From Trichechus inunguis (lineage: Eukaryota), in contig CM102164.1 in NCBI GenBank assembly GCA_046562895.1, positions 32,651,842 to 32,715,841 of the forward strand: a stretch of 64,000 bases of DNA, read 5' to 3'. Positions within the stretch are counted from its first letter, which is position 1; every line of letters begins with the position of its first letter. This document shows, piece by piece, positions 46,561 through 59,560 of the stretch. The notes under the pieces are model-generated. The model made no database searches and was not told the origin of the DNA. It worked only from the letters and a program-made list of their open reading frames with translations. Position numbers and translations under genes: made by a program.

Positions 46561-48483
46561 CAAATGTAGACATTTGTTTAGAATTGCTACATTGTAAAAT
46601 CATTTTCTAGATAATGAGATGAGTTAGGATTCTTTCAGCAAAAGAAATTGAAAACCACAACTAAGTGACTTAAACAATAAGGACCTTTATTATCCTATGT
46701 AATAAGAAGTACAGATGTAGGGTGGCTACTGGTGCGGACTCAGTGTTACCATTAAGATCCCAGTTTCTTTCCATCTCTCCATTCTTCCATTGTAAGTGAC
46801 AGCTTCACTCTCAGCCTGGCTCTCCTCACGATCAGCAATTCATAGCATTACATCTGGAACACTTCTTTTTGTGCCTCTTACAGGAAGCCCCACAGCAGAT
46901 TCTTACTCCTTTGTTCAGAATTGAATCATGTGCCCATTCCTAAGCCAACTGCTGGCAAGGAGAATGGAATAACATGACTGACTCAGAAATGGCCATCTTA
47001 CCCTGAGTTGTGTGGGGAAGGGTGGATGCCTGAACAGACTCAGCGTCTAGTTAGCAAAGATGAAGGGGAAGTGGATGCTGGGTTAGGCAGCCACAGTGTC
47101 CACCACTGCCTTAGACAAGGCTGAAGTCACTCTTTGAGTCTGAGTTGCCTCATCTGTGCATGAAGGGGTTGGGGCAGATTATTAGTCTTTAACTTAGACT
47201 TCAGAGGAGTTTGTAGATGTAAAATTTTGCATGTTTGGGGGAAGTCAGCTTTCACTAGATTCCCAAAAGAGTCTGTAATCTAAAAACAGTAAGAACCAAT
47301 AAATGAGATGAACCAGTAAATGAGATGATAGCAGTCCCTTCCAAATTTAAAATTTCATAATTCTTTATTATGTTCCAATATCCCCATTTGTCTAACACCC
47401 AACATAAAGAGCCACAGTCACTAGTTTTGTTACTGAGAGGGTAAATACAGTGCCCACACAAATACTTTCTAATTTTATATTTTGAATAAGTAACGCATCT
47501 GCATAATTTACAAGTGAAAATTATATTAAAAAGATGTACTTGGAGAAGTTTGAATTCTACCCTATCCCCTCTACCCCAGCCCCTTCCCCAGTAGGTAACC
47601 ATTTTTATTAGTTTGCCTTTGCGGTGTTTCTTTATGCAAGTAAGTATGACTATAAACATATGTTTATATTTCTCCCCTCTTTTTTACATAAAAAGTAGTA
47701 TAGTATACTTGCTGTTCTGCACCTTCCTTTCATCCCTTAATATATCCTGTACATAGAGATCATCCTCATTCTAGTATCCCACTATGGGGATGAGCCATAT
47801 TGTGTGGATGTTCCCTACTGACAGACATTTAGGTTTCCAGATTTTGCTAATACAAGCAATGCCACAATGAATAACCTTGTATATTTGTCATTTTATACTT
47901 GTACAGGTGTACCTCTGGAATAGGGTCCCTTCTAGAAGTGGAGGTGCTGGCTTATAGGATAAATGCATCTGTAAATTTGCTAGATACTGTCTGATTCCTT
48001 TATCAGGGTTGTACCTTTTTGCCTTCCGGCTATTGATGAATGAAAGTTTCTATTTCCTTTAGTCTTGCCAACAGCATATTTGTCAATCTTTTAGACTTTA
48101 GCCAATCATATGGATGAGAAATGGTCTCTCAGTGTCATAAGGCTGAGCATCTTTCCAAATGTTTATGGACCATTTATGTTTCTTTTTCTGTGAACACTAT
48201 GTTCGTGTCCTTTCCCTACTTTTCTTTTAGGTTTTGATATTTTTCTTCATATTAAGAGCTCTTTATATGTTAGACAGTTTAGTCCATGATGTGAGTTTCA
48301 AACATTCTCCCCAGTTGTTTGTCTTTTCACTTTACTTATGGTGATTTTTTTGTTTCTTTTTGTTGTTGGTTGGCTTGTTTTATTTCTACCATACCAGACA
48401 TTTTTTATTTTAGTAACATGCATCAGTCTTTTACTTTATGGCTGGTGGGTTTTGAGTTGTAGTTAGAAAGATCCTCCCTGCTT

Positions 48484-49000
48484 GTCTTAGTCATCTAGTG
48501 CTGCTGTAACAGAAATACCACAAGTGGATGACTTTAACAAAGAGAAATTTATTTTCTCACAGTCTAGTAGGCTACAAGTCCAAATTCAGGGCATCAGCTC
48601 CAGGGGTAGGCTTTCTCTCTCTATTGGCTTTGGAGGAAGGTCCTTCTCACCAATTTTCCCCTGGACTAGGAGCTTCTCCACACAGGAACCCCAGGTCCAA
48701 AGGATGCACTCTGCTCCTGGTGCTGCTTTCTTGGTGGTATGAGGCCCCACTGTCTCTCTGCTTGCTTCTTTCTTTTATATCTCAAAAGAGATTGGCTTAA
48801 GGCACAATCTAATCTTGTAGATCTCATCAGTATAACTGCTGCTAATCCATCTCATTAACATCATAATGATAGGATTTACAACATATAGGAAAATCACATC
48901 AGATGACAAAATGGTGCACAATCACACAATACTGGGAATCATGACCCAGCCAAATTGATAACACATCTTTTTGGGGGGCACAGGTCAATCCATGACACCA
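48484..49000 (+). mobile_element. ~510 bp SINE-like interspersed repeat (unclassified family; copies also at 14107 and 60026)
   Basis: 'tgtcttagtcatctagtgctgctgtaacagaaataccacaagtggatgactttaacaaagagaaatttatt…ttttggggggcacaggtcaatccatgacac'. About 85-90% identical to the other copies. Confidence 0.65.
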
Positions 49001-49711
49001 CTCCAAGGTCAGAAAGGCACATAACACTTTAAACCCTGGAAGGAGACTGGCTAATGCCCTCCTTCAGTGTCTCTTACACTCAAAGATGTTGAAAGCAACA
49101 AATCCCTAGAATAAACATAATTCAGGTTTTCCTAAAATGGTGTTCTTTCTGCCAAGCTCCATGACCTATGACTACACTGTGGTGTACTTGAGTCACTTGC
49201 AGGGCAGGTACCCATGTTTTACTCATCTTTGTATCTTCCAAACCAAGTACAATGTCTGGCATACGGAATATGCTTAATAAATTTTTGTTAAGCAGAACTG
49301 GACTCGAATCCTGGTGATCTGAGTTCCAGTTTAGTTAGTGTCCCCTGTTAGCTGTCAGATCTTGAGCAACTGATTTAACTTCTTTGAGCTCACTTTCCTC
49401 ATTGTACAATGAGGATAATAAGACCTACTTCACATTTTTGAAGTGAGGATTGAATGAAATGATGTATTTGAAAACACTTTATTAGCACCAATGTGTTATA
49501 CTAACATATGTTCTTATTGTTATTATTGTATATTGTGCTATGAGGAACTATATTGGCTTTAATATGCCACTAACAGTACAGGCAGATCTTGGTCAAAATA
49601 TTTGGGAAAAACCCTTCTTTTTCCAAACTTTTTGATAAAGTGTTAATGTGATATAAATATTAATTTTGATATGTGTTGATTCTAACATCTGTTTATCATT
49701 TCCATCTATAG

Positions 49712-49872
49712 CTAATAAGAGACATGGTGAATGTCTGTGAAAGTAATTTGTACAAACCCAACCCACCATCTCTTGCCAAATACCGAGCTTTGAGATGCAA
49801 AATTGAGCATGTTGAACAGAACACTGAAGAATTTTTCAGTGTTATGAAAGAGGTACTGCAGAATAATCACAG
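49712..49872 (+). CDS. PARP4: PARP4 coding exon 9: LIRDMVNVCESNLYKPNPPSLAKYRALRCKIEHVEQNTEEFFSVMKEVLQNNH(S)
   Basis: Acceptor 'ctatag' ends at 49711, donor 'gtaagc' at 49873. Ends in phase 2. Matches human 'LIRDMVNVCETNLSKPNPPSLAKYRALRCKIEHVEQNTEEFLRVRKEVLQNHHS'. Confidence 0.9.
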
Positions 49873-51166
49873 GTAAGCATAAAGGAGATATCTTTTGATC
49901 TATTATTATGTAATGCTATTTCAGATTCTGCTAAAGAGCTAGTTCACCACAATTACCTAGATCATTTAATCATTAGTAACAGGATAATTATGTTGTGATG
50001 ACAAATTACTTTCTTCTGTATTTATACATAGGGCCTGGGCAATATTTTATGCTTGAAAATACTATTATTGCACTCTCTCATCATGGTTACTCTATCTTGC
50101 TTACAGTTAAATTTAAAGTTTTAAGATAAAAGGATGTTTGAGCTTGTGTTCTGAGGGGTATTACATAAGAAAACCCACTTAAATTAAGATTTAAAAATGC
50201 AGGACTATGTGTGTGGCAGCTTTTACAAGGACCATTGTATAGCATGAAAATATGAAGTTGGAAAACATGTCATGAAATGTGGCATCCTTAAATGTCAGTT
50301 CCATTTGTCTTATTTATTGTGCATATCCATGTTTTTGTGCATTCTGTAACTCTAGGGAGCAGCAATAACAACAAACAGATGGTTCAGCTGCTCAGACAAG
50401 TCCTCGTTTAGTGTTAGCATCTTTGTAGAACCACCTTGGCACAGAGTGGAAACTCAGCTTCATGATTCAGAAACTAATTTTATTGATTCTTCTAGAGGGC
50501 GAGACTGACTTTTACTGATTTGGTCATTCACTCCACTCCAGTACTGCTCCCATCTGAAGTCTTTAGCCCAGGCATTTCTGGCAGTTCAGTTCTCTTTATA
50601 CTGGACTGAGTTTAACCTTCATCAACCTTGCACACCCTTGGAACCAACCGTGGTTTATTGGAGCTACCTCATACTAGCTGGAGAGAAAAAATTGTCAAAT
50701 TTTCAGGAATTTTGCAAACTGGTTGTTAAACCATTCATAGCTTGAAATGCACCACAGAAATCAGCAAATGCTATAAGTCAGGATTGTGTGTGGATACTGT
50801 TGTTGTTTTGAGAGCTGGTTTTCTAGCACCTCATGGACTAATTCAGATTTATCTAAAATTTTGTTTGGCTTCCTTGGTCATGCATCCTCAAAGCACATTC
50901 CTCCAGTCTTTTTCCAGATTTTGCTTTTATATATTATCAAATTCTTTTGATATATTTTGATGGACCTCTTGGGATCTAATACAAATTGAGGGTCTATTAC
51001 AATGAAGGTAGAATCAGGAGGGGGAGAACTAGTTTTCTGTAGAGAGTCAGAGGGAAGAAAAAAACTATGTCTTCAAGCCCTGAGGAGGGGGAGCTGTAGT
51101 TCTGTAGTTCAGCAATTATCTCATCTAATTCAATCAAATCCTTAGTATTTTTCCTAATTTTTGCAG

Positions 51167-51304
51167 TAGAAGTCCAGTGAACATCTTGCAGATATATAGA
51201 GTTGGCAGAGTGAATGAAGCCACAGAATTTTTGAGCAAACTTGGCAACGTGAAATCCTTATTGCATGGGTCTCCCGCACGAAACATTGTAGGAATTCTAT
51301 CCCG
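51167..51304 (+). CDS. PARP4: PARP4 coding exon 10 (catalytic domain start, H-G-S motif): RSPVNILQIYRVGRVNEATEFLSKLGNVKSLLHGSPARNIVGILS(R)
   Basis: Acceptor 'ttgcag' ends at 51166, donor 'gtaaga' at 51305. Phase 2 in and out. Matches human 'KSPVDVLQIFRVGRVNETTEFLSKLGNVRPLLHGSPVQNIVGILCR'. Confidence 0.9.
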
Positions 51305-51496
51305 GTAAGAATATGCCATCTTTGTTTTCTAATATTTTAGCCTCACAAATATGAAGTGTTTTACTTTCTTTATAATTATTTTCTGGACTACATGAGTCTT
51401 TTCAGTTAAAGTGAGCCAGCTTAATGCATTCAGAAGAAAATTATAATCTTTATAATTAGGTATATAATATAAATTATGGATTTATTATTATTTATT

Positions 51497-53480
51497 TTTA
51501 AAGACCAATTGTGGGAAGACCTCAAGGACATAATACATGAAGAAAGCAAAAGGTCATTAAAAAGACAGGAAAGAAAGAAAAGACCAAAATGGATGTCAGA
51601 AGAGACTCTGAAACTTGTTCTTGAACATAGTGAATGGAAGAAGTGATGAAGTAAAAGAGCTGAACAGAAGATTTCAAATGACAGCTTGAGAAGACAGAGT
51701 AAAATATTATAATGACATGTGTAAAGACCTGGAGTTAGAAAACCAAAAGGGAAGAACATGCTCGGCATTTCTCAAAGTGAAAGAATTGAAGAAAAATTCA
51801 AGCCTCAAGTTGCAATTTTGAAGGATATTATGGGAAAAATATTGAATGACACAGGAAGTATCAAAAGGAGATGGAAGGAATATACAGACTCAATGTACCA
51901 AAAAAAAATTGGTCAATGTTCAACCAATTCAGGAGGTTGCATATGATCAAGAACCAATGGTATTGAAGGAAGTAGTCCAAGCTGCACAGAAGGCATTGGT
52001 GAGAAATGAGGCTGCAGAAGTTGATGAAATACCAGTTGAGATGTTTCAACAAACAGATGCAGCACTGGAGGTGCTCACTCAGCTATGCTAAGAAATTTGG
52101 AAGACAGCTACCTGGCCAACCAACTGCAAGAGACCCATATTTGTACCCATTCCAAAGAAAGGTGGTCCAACAGAATGCGGAAATTATCTGACAATATCAT
52201 TAATATCACACACAAGTAAAATTTTGCTGAAGTGCATTCAAAAGTGGTTGCAGCAGTACATCTACAGGGAACTGTCAGAAATTCAAACTGGATTCAGACG
52301 AGGATGTGGAACAGGGGATATCATTGCTGATGTCAGATGGATCTTGGGTGAAAGCAGAGAATACCAGAAAGATGTTTACCTGTGTTTTATCGACTATCCA
52401 AAAGCATTCAACCGTGTGAATCATAACAAATTATGGATTACTTTGTGAAGAATGGGAATTCCAGAACACTTAATTGTGCTCGTGTGGAATCTATACATAG
52501 ACCAAGAGGCAGTTGTTCGAACAGAGCAAGGAGATACTGCATGGTTTAAAATAAAGAAAGACGTGAGTCAGGGTTGCATCTTTTCACCATACTTCTTCAA
52601 TCTCTATGCTGAGCAAATAATCCAAGAAGCTAGACTATATGAAGAAAAATGTGGCATCAGGATTGGTGGAAGAGTCATTAACAACCTGCAATATGCAGAT
52701 AACACAACCTTCCTTGTTGAAAGTGAAGAGGACTTGAAGCACTTACTGATGAAGATCAAAGACTACAGCCTTCAGTATGGATTACACCTCAACATAAAGA
52801 AAACAAATCCTCACATCTGGAACCAATAAGCAGCATCATGATAAAGGCAGAAAAGATTGAAGTTGTCAAGTATTTCATTTTACCTGGATCCACAATCAAT
52901 GTCCATGGAAGCAGTAAACAAGAAATCGAACAATGTATTGCATTGGTCAAATCTGCTGCAAAAGACCTCTTTAAAGTGTTAAAAAGCAAAGATATCACTT
53001 TGAGGACTAAGGTGTGCCTGACCCAAGCCATGGTGTTTTCAATACCCTCATTTGTATGTGAAAGCTGGACAATGAATAAGGAAGACAAAAGAATTGATGC
53101 CGTTGAATTATGATGTTGGCAAAGAATATTGAATATACCGTGGACTGCCAGAAAAAGGAGCAAGTCTGTCTTGGAAGAAGTACAGCTGGAGTGCTCCTTG
53201 GAAGTGAGGATGGTGAGACTTTTGTCTGATGTACTTTGGATATGTTATCAGAGGGACCAATCCCTGGAGAAGGACATCATGCTTGGTAAAGTAGAGGGTT
53301 GGCAAAAAAAAGGAAAGCCCTCAATGAGACGGATTGACACAGTGGCTGCAACAATGGGCTCAAACATAACAATGATTTAACAGGATGGTACAGGACCCAG
53401 CAGTGTTTCGATCTGTCGTATGTGGGGTTCCTATGAGTTGGTACCGACTTGATGGCACCTAACAACAACAGCAAATTTTT
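51497..53480 (+). mobile_element. 5'-truncated RTE/BovB LINE copy C (~2 kb) in PARP4 intron
   Basis: Starts inside the region equivalent to copy B ~24050. RT ORFs 52224-52829 ('…GFRRGCGTGDIIADVRWILGESREYQKDVYLCFIDYPKAFNRVNHN…') and C-terminus 52838-53380. Tail '…ggttcctatgagttggtaccgacttgatggcacctaacaacaaca'. Confidence 0.85.
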
Positions 53481-53699
53481 AAAGTGAAGTGCATGGGAAT
53501 GAATTGCTTATTGAAGATAGTATAATATGAATAAAAGTTACTGTATATTTCATGACTCTTCCATGTGTGTTTAATCTAGGGATAGCCCAATACTTAAAGA
53601 GAAAGTTCTAGAAATTAGAGTGCCCAGAACTTGTGAGTTACCTATTTAAAACATAACTCTAGTTTTCTGCTTGCTTTGAATAACCACTTAATGTTAAGG

Positions 53700-54640
53700 C
53701 TGAAACTGAAGATCACGGGGTACACGGAAAAATATGGTTGAATTTAGATCCTTAGTTAAATACTGAAGAAGAAACTTTAAAAGAAATTTACAAGATCTAC
53801 CTGAAGAAAACTTTATAAACTGCTATGGAGGGACCTAAAAGACACTGGCCTCAATCAGAATGATGCCAATTTTCCTAAAATTAATTTATAGGTATAGTGC
53901 TGTCACAGTAATAGTACTACACGATTTTTTAAAAGAAATAAAGTGCTAATTCTACAGTACATACTTTGTAAACAATTTGAAATTACCAAGATAATTCTGA
54001 AAAAGAAGAGTAATGAGGGAAGATTAACCAATCAGACATTAAAACGTGTAGCTATATTAATTAAAATAGTGAGGTGCCACATAAATACATAAATCAATAG
54101 AATAAAGAGTCCAGAAATAAACTCAAAAGCGTAAAGGATTTAAGTATATGATAAAAGTAGCTTCATCCCTGTTGAAGGAAAATTACTTCTTCAGTACTGA
54201 GTGGTGGGATAAATTGGGTAGTTCCTGCAGAAAACAAGCTGACCCTTAACTTTACTCCTCACACTTAAATGAATTCCAGTTAGAGCAAAGATTTAAATAT
54301 TAAAAATAAAAGCAGAAAAGTACTAAATGAAAAATGAGAGAGTAATTTTTAAAAGAATCTTTGAGCAGGAATGGCCTTTATAAGTAGAACCAAACCCAAA
54401 AATCATAGAGTAAAGATCAACTACATAAAAACAAAATTTCTAAGTCATAAAACACTCGCTTTCATTTTACTATTATACAGTTCTCTCTATTTTTATGTGT
54501 TTGAAAAGTACCACAATAAAAGTTTAAAATATCACTAACAAGGTCAAATGACAGATGACAAACTGGAAAAACATTTAAATTATGTATCTCCAGCAGAAGG
54601 CTAATTTCTGTAATATATGATCTGTAGCTACTTGTGTGAT
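53700..54640 (+). mobile_element. Possible ancient L1 ORF2 fragment (highly diverged)
   Basis: A-rich sequence with only faint L1-ORF2-like reading in frame fragments. Low confidence. Confidence 0.25.
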
Positions 54641-54835
54641 ACTGTGCTGGAAGATGAGCCCCCTAGATTGGAAGGCACTCCAAATACACAGTAGCTGCAA
54701 CAATGGACTCAAGCATACCAACAGTCACGAAGATGATGCAAGACCAGGCAATGTTTTGTTCTGTTGTATATGGGGTCGACGTGAGTTGGAGCCAACTCAG
54801 TGGCAACCAACAATAACACCTACAAATCAATAAGA
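54640..54835 (+). mobile_element. RTE head-to-tail deletion derivative (~195 bp): RTE 5'UTR segment joined directly to the RTE 3' tail
   Basis: 54640-54680 'gatactgtgctggaagatgagccccctagattggaaggcac' matches the RTE copy A 5' region at 11378-11420. 54685-54830 '…cagtagctgcaacaatggactcaagcataccaacagtcacgaagatgatgcaagaccaggcaatgttttgttctgttgtatatggggtcgacgtgagttggagccaactcagtggcaaccaacaataaca' matches the RTE 3' tail (cf. 25885-26020). Confidence 0.65.
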
Positions 54836-57506
54836 TAAAAAAAATGTTATGATGCCCTAGAAAAATAGGCAAAAACACTTCAGAAAAGGAAGTACAGCTA
54901 ACTTTTAAACACTTGAAGAGATGTTCAGTATCACTGAAAATAATTTAATATGCAAACTACATCATGATACCATTTTTCACCTATCGAGTCACAGAAATGG
55001 AAAAGTTTGACAACGCACTGTGTTGGCAAGGAGAAGGAGGCATTTTCACACATTTTAGTGGGGGTGAAAATTAGTACAAATCTTCAAGGGCAATTTAACA
55101 GGAACTACCAAATTCACTGAGTACACACTGCTAGTAAGTGGTTTGCCAGTTTTTAATTTATATGACTCATTCATCAAATGGTAGAACTAGAATGATTAAA
55201 TTTATTAATGTGTGTGGGCATAAGCATTTACTAAGATTTCCTTTTTACAGTCCTAAAAATTGATTAAATTTCTCTGTAGTTCTTGATTGGTTGTTCAATT
55301 CCTTGTAGCATAATGATAAGCCAGTTATATTAAATGTGGTTTACAAAAACAACTGTTAATATGTATACCCCTTGTGATCCATTAAGAATTTTACTGTACA
55401 GATATATTTGCACATGCGGAAAACGATGAGTAGTCAAGACTATTCATTGCAGTGTTATTTATAGTAGCAAATTTCTATCCAGAGTGCATTAGCTGGGACT
55501 AGTTCAGATAATTCTGATACATCCAGACAAAGGAATAGTCACTTAAAAGAATGAGGCATACGTATTAATATGATAGGGTCTCTAAGATATGGTCAGTTTT
55601 AAGAAACACACGTGTGGATGTTTTGCTTATATATGTAAATAATATTTCTGGAAATGGATCATTGTGAAGCTGGGCAATGGGTACTTCAGGGTTCATTATA
55701 ATATTTTCTCTACTTTTGTGTATTTATGAAATATTCTGTATCATTTTAAAAAGAAAAAAAGGTAATCTCTCTGGAAACTGCTAACAGTATTGACTTCTGG
55801 GAGGGGAACTGAGTACTGGGTGCCATGGGTGGGAGACCATTTCTTGCTATCCATTTATACTTAGTGGATTTTCTATTGTGTACATGTATCAACTCTTTAA
55901 AGTCTAACTAATTAAACTGTAACCTAAAATTGCTATCCTCTGTGCCACTCTAACTCTCTAATAGCACCCTGCTTTTCAAGGAAGTTGGGTCTCATCTTTT
56001 ATGTACCCTCTAATAGTGGCTGGTTGATAGAGTTTAGCCAAGAAAACAATCTTTGGTTACCAGTGCAGATCTGAAAGGATGCAAGAAAAATTTAAAAGAA
56101 ATTGGGTAATGAGGACATGAGGAAAATAAAAAAAGTGGAACATGAAGGATGCATTTTGCTTTGACAGATAGTGAACATGAGTTTTTCTAACTCTAACTGC
56201 ACCAATGGGCTTCAATATCAATCCTTCCCATGACAGGGAATGCAGTGCACTAAGCAGCATATCTATTTTCCAACTACTCTATTTAAAAGTGCCTCTTTAT
56301 CAGACACTGGAGTCTACCTCCTTGTAACTTTCGTCCTGTAGTTCTATTTCATTCACCTTGATCACACACAAAGAAATGTCATCTCTGTTCTTAATGTCTG
56401 CCTTTTCAGAATTTAATTCATTGATCTTTTCTCCCCTAAATCTTTTCTGTTCCAGGTTAGGCAACTTCAGTTCTTTCAACTTCTCTTCTTTCTGACTACT
56501 TTCTGCTGAACACTTTTAATTTTATCTACAGAATTGCACTTGTGCTAAACCCTGGGCTTCTCTAACTGGCAGGAAACACAGCTTGACTCATTTCCCTTCT
56601 CCTCAGGCAGCCTTTCCTGGTCAGCCTCATTGCACTTTTAATTCTTACTGCATTGAGCTTGTGGTCCAATAAAATCTCTAAATCTTTCTCATGCAAGCTT
56701 TCTTCCCTACCCTGACTCATGCAGTTGTTGTTGCTGTTTTCATCTAAACTATAGGACTTTTTATTTGTCCTTATTAAATATAAATATACTCTTGTTAGTT
56801 CTGGCCCATGGATACAACGTATTAAGCAATCTGTTCATCTGATGGCCTTCTGATTTGTTTACACATTTCTCTTAACATAAAGTTATTTGCATTTTGGTCT
56901 GCATTCACTCTCTGTCCTCACTAAAGTTGTTGATTAAAATGTTGAACAGAGGAGAGCCAAGGCAGAGCCCCTCCATTTTGAAGTTGAGGACATTGTCGGT
57001 GACTGAGAAGCCTGCATTCCATCTCAACTCCTTGTAGTTCCAGGAAAGGAACACTGCTCTAGAGGCCATTGAAAGGAATCCAATATGTGGTTTCTGTCCT
57101 CTAGGAAATTATAACCTGGTTGAAAAGTAAAGATACAGACACATAACAAGTAGAAAAAAATCACAGAGTCACATAGGAAAAAGGGTAAAGACAAACCCTA
57201 AACGATTCTCTAAAGTTTCTTTAATACAGAGAAATGTTTTATTTGCTTTTAAGCAAGTCAGTTGCAAGCATATGGGACATATATCAAAGAGTAATTTTCA
57301 TTTTAAGTGTACTTTTGTAAATAGAGATTGACTTTCCTATAACACAAGTACATTAAATTTGAAAGGTGAGTGATTGATTTATTTAATTGCATTTATTGTG
57401 CACCTGGAAGGTGAGTACAGCACCAGGGAGGTGACGTCTGTAATAAGTGAAGGTAGGACATTTTAGAGGTGATAAACCTCAAGATGGGTCTTGAAGAAGT
57501 GATGTC

Positions 57507-58780
57507 CAAATAGAAATACCATACGATCCAGCAATCCCACTCCTAGGAATATATCCTAGAGACATAAGAGCCATCACATGAATAGACATATGCACACCCA
57601 TGTTCATTGCAGTATTGTTCATAATAGCAAAAAGATGGAAACAACCTAAGTGCCCATCAACAGATGAATGAATAAACATATACACAATGGAATCCTACAC
57701 AACTATAAAAAACAATGATGAATCTGTGAAACATCTCACAATATGGATGAATCTGGAAGGTATTATGCTGAGTGAAATAAGTCAGTCACAAAAGGACAAA
57801 TATTGTATGAGACCACTACTATAAAAACTCATGAAAAGGTTTACACACAAAAATTAACAATCTTTGATGGTTATGAGGGAGAGGAGAAGTGGGAGGGAAA
57901 GTCACTAACTAGACAATAGATAGGTGGTAACTTTGGTAAAGGGTAAGACAGTACATAATACTGGGGAAGCCATGACAACTTGTCCAGGGAAGGTCATGGA
58001 AGCTCTATAGACACATCCAAACTCTCTGAGGGACCAAATTACTGGACTGAGGGCTATGCGGACCATGATCTTGGGGAACATCTAGCTCAGTTGGCATAAT
58101 GTAGTTTATAAAGAAAATGTTCTACATTGTACTTTGATGAGCAGTAGCGTCTGGGGTCTTAAAAGCCTGTGAGCAGCCATCTAAGATACTCCACTGGTCT
58201 CATCCTGTCTGGAGCAAGGGAGAATAAAGAAAACCAAAGACACAAAGGAAAGATTAGTCCAAAGGACTAATGGACCACAACTACCATGGCCTCCACCAGA
58301 CTGAGTCCAGCACAATTAGATGGTGCCCAGCTACCACGACCGACTGCCCTGACAGGGATCATAATAGAAGGTCCTGGACAGAGCTGGAGAAAAATGTAGA
58401 ACAAAATTCTAACTCACACACACACACAAAAGACCAGAATTGCTGGTCTGACAGAGACTGGAGAAACCCTGAGAGTATGGCCCCTGCCCACCCTTATAGC
58501 TCAGTAATGAAGTCACTCCTGAGGTTCACCCTTCAGCCAAAGTTTACGCAGGCCCATAAAGCAAAACGAGACTAAATGGGCACACCAGCCTAAGTGCAAG
58601 GATGAGAAGGCAGGAGGGGACAGGAAGCCTGGTAATGGAGAACCCAAGGATGAGAACGGGAGAGTATTGACATGTTGTGGGTTTGGCAACCAATGTCACA
58701 AAACAATACGTGTATTAATTGTTTAATGAGAAACTAGTTTGCTCTGCAAAACTTCATCTATAATAAAATTTTTTAAAAAA
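57507..58780 (+). mobile_element. 5'-truncated L1 (sense; ORF2 C-terminus plus 3'UTR) with ~11 bp target-site duplication
   Basis: The antisense ORF 57479-57685 (-) is the mirror of the L1 antisense ORF seen on + in L1 no.1. The 3'UTR is the reverse complement of the 1740-2500 type. A-rich end at 58765-58780. TSD 'aagtgatgt(c/t)c' at 57496-57506 and 58781-58791. Confidence 0.8.
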
Positions 58781-59464
58781 GTGATGTTCGTGGAATTAAC
58801 AGATTCAACTGGAGCAAAAGCACAGAGACAGGGTCAGGCATGAGCTGCGATATCATGAAGGAGCCATGTCAGGAGAGAATGGAGATGTGGGTGGAAAGCG
58901 AGGGAAGCTGGCATAATCACAGAAAACATTTTTAATAAAAATCGGCTTGATTTTCATCTTTTTTTTTTTTGCCGTACATTTTGCAAAATTAATTGTATTA
59001 AGTTCATAAGACAAAATTTAGAAACAGATGTTTATATAATAAAAAGCCGAAGTCTCCCTTCCCCATCTTCCCAGAGGTAACGTGGCCTACAAGTGTGATT
59101 GCAAAGAGTTCTTTGAATGCTAGAAGCCCAACAGGAATGTGTGTAAGTTCTTGAGCAAGGGAGAAATGCTGTCAGTGTTGGGCTTAAAGCATTGTTCTGC
59201 TGAGCACAGGGGTGGGGAGGGAGGGTTTGGGTTGAAGTAGGCAGAGTCCAGAGGCAGGAAAAATGGCTGGCAGTATCAAGACGGTGATGAGAAGCCAGCC
59301 GTAGCGTGCTACATTTTGATAGTATCTGGAACTCCATTTGTGTTAAAATGCATATTTCTTTTTCATTTCATGTGTTTTAAATAGCACCTGACTGTTGGAA
59401 TTACGAGGCTGTGATAAAAGATCATTTTTTCTAGTAAATCCTCATGGTGCTCTTTCTTTTTCAG

Positions 59465-59560
59465 AGGGCTGCTTTTACCCAAAGTGGTTGAAGATCACGG
59501 CGTGAAAAGAACAGACGTTGGCAATCTTGGGAGTGGGATATATTTCAGTGATTCCCTCCG
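59465..59560 (+). CDS. PARP4: PARP4 coding exon 11 (catalytic domain, NAD-binding G-x-G-I-Y-F region): GLLLPKVVEDHGVKRTDVGNLGSGIYFSDSL
   Basis: Acceptor 'ctttttcag' ends at 59464, donor 'gttagt' at 59561 (non-optimal +3 T). The unspliced read-through hits a stop within 6 codons. Matches human 'GLLLPKVVEDRGVQRTDVGNLGSGIYFSDSLS'. Confidence 0.85.
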
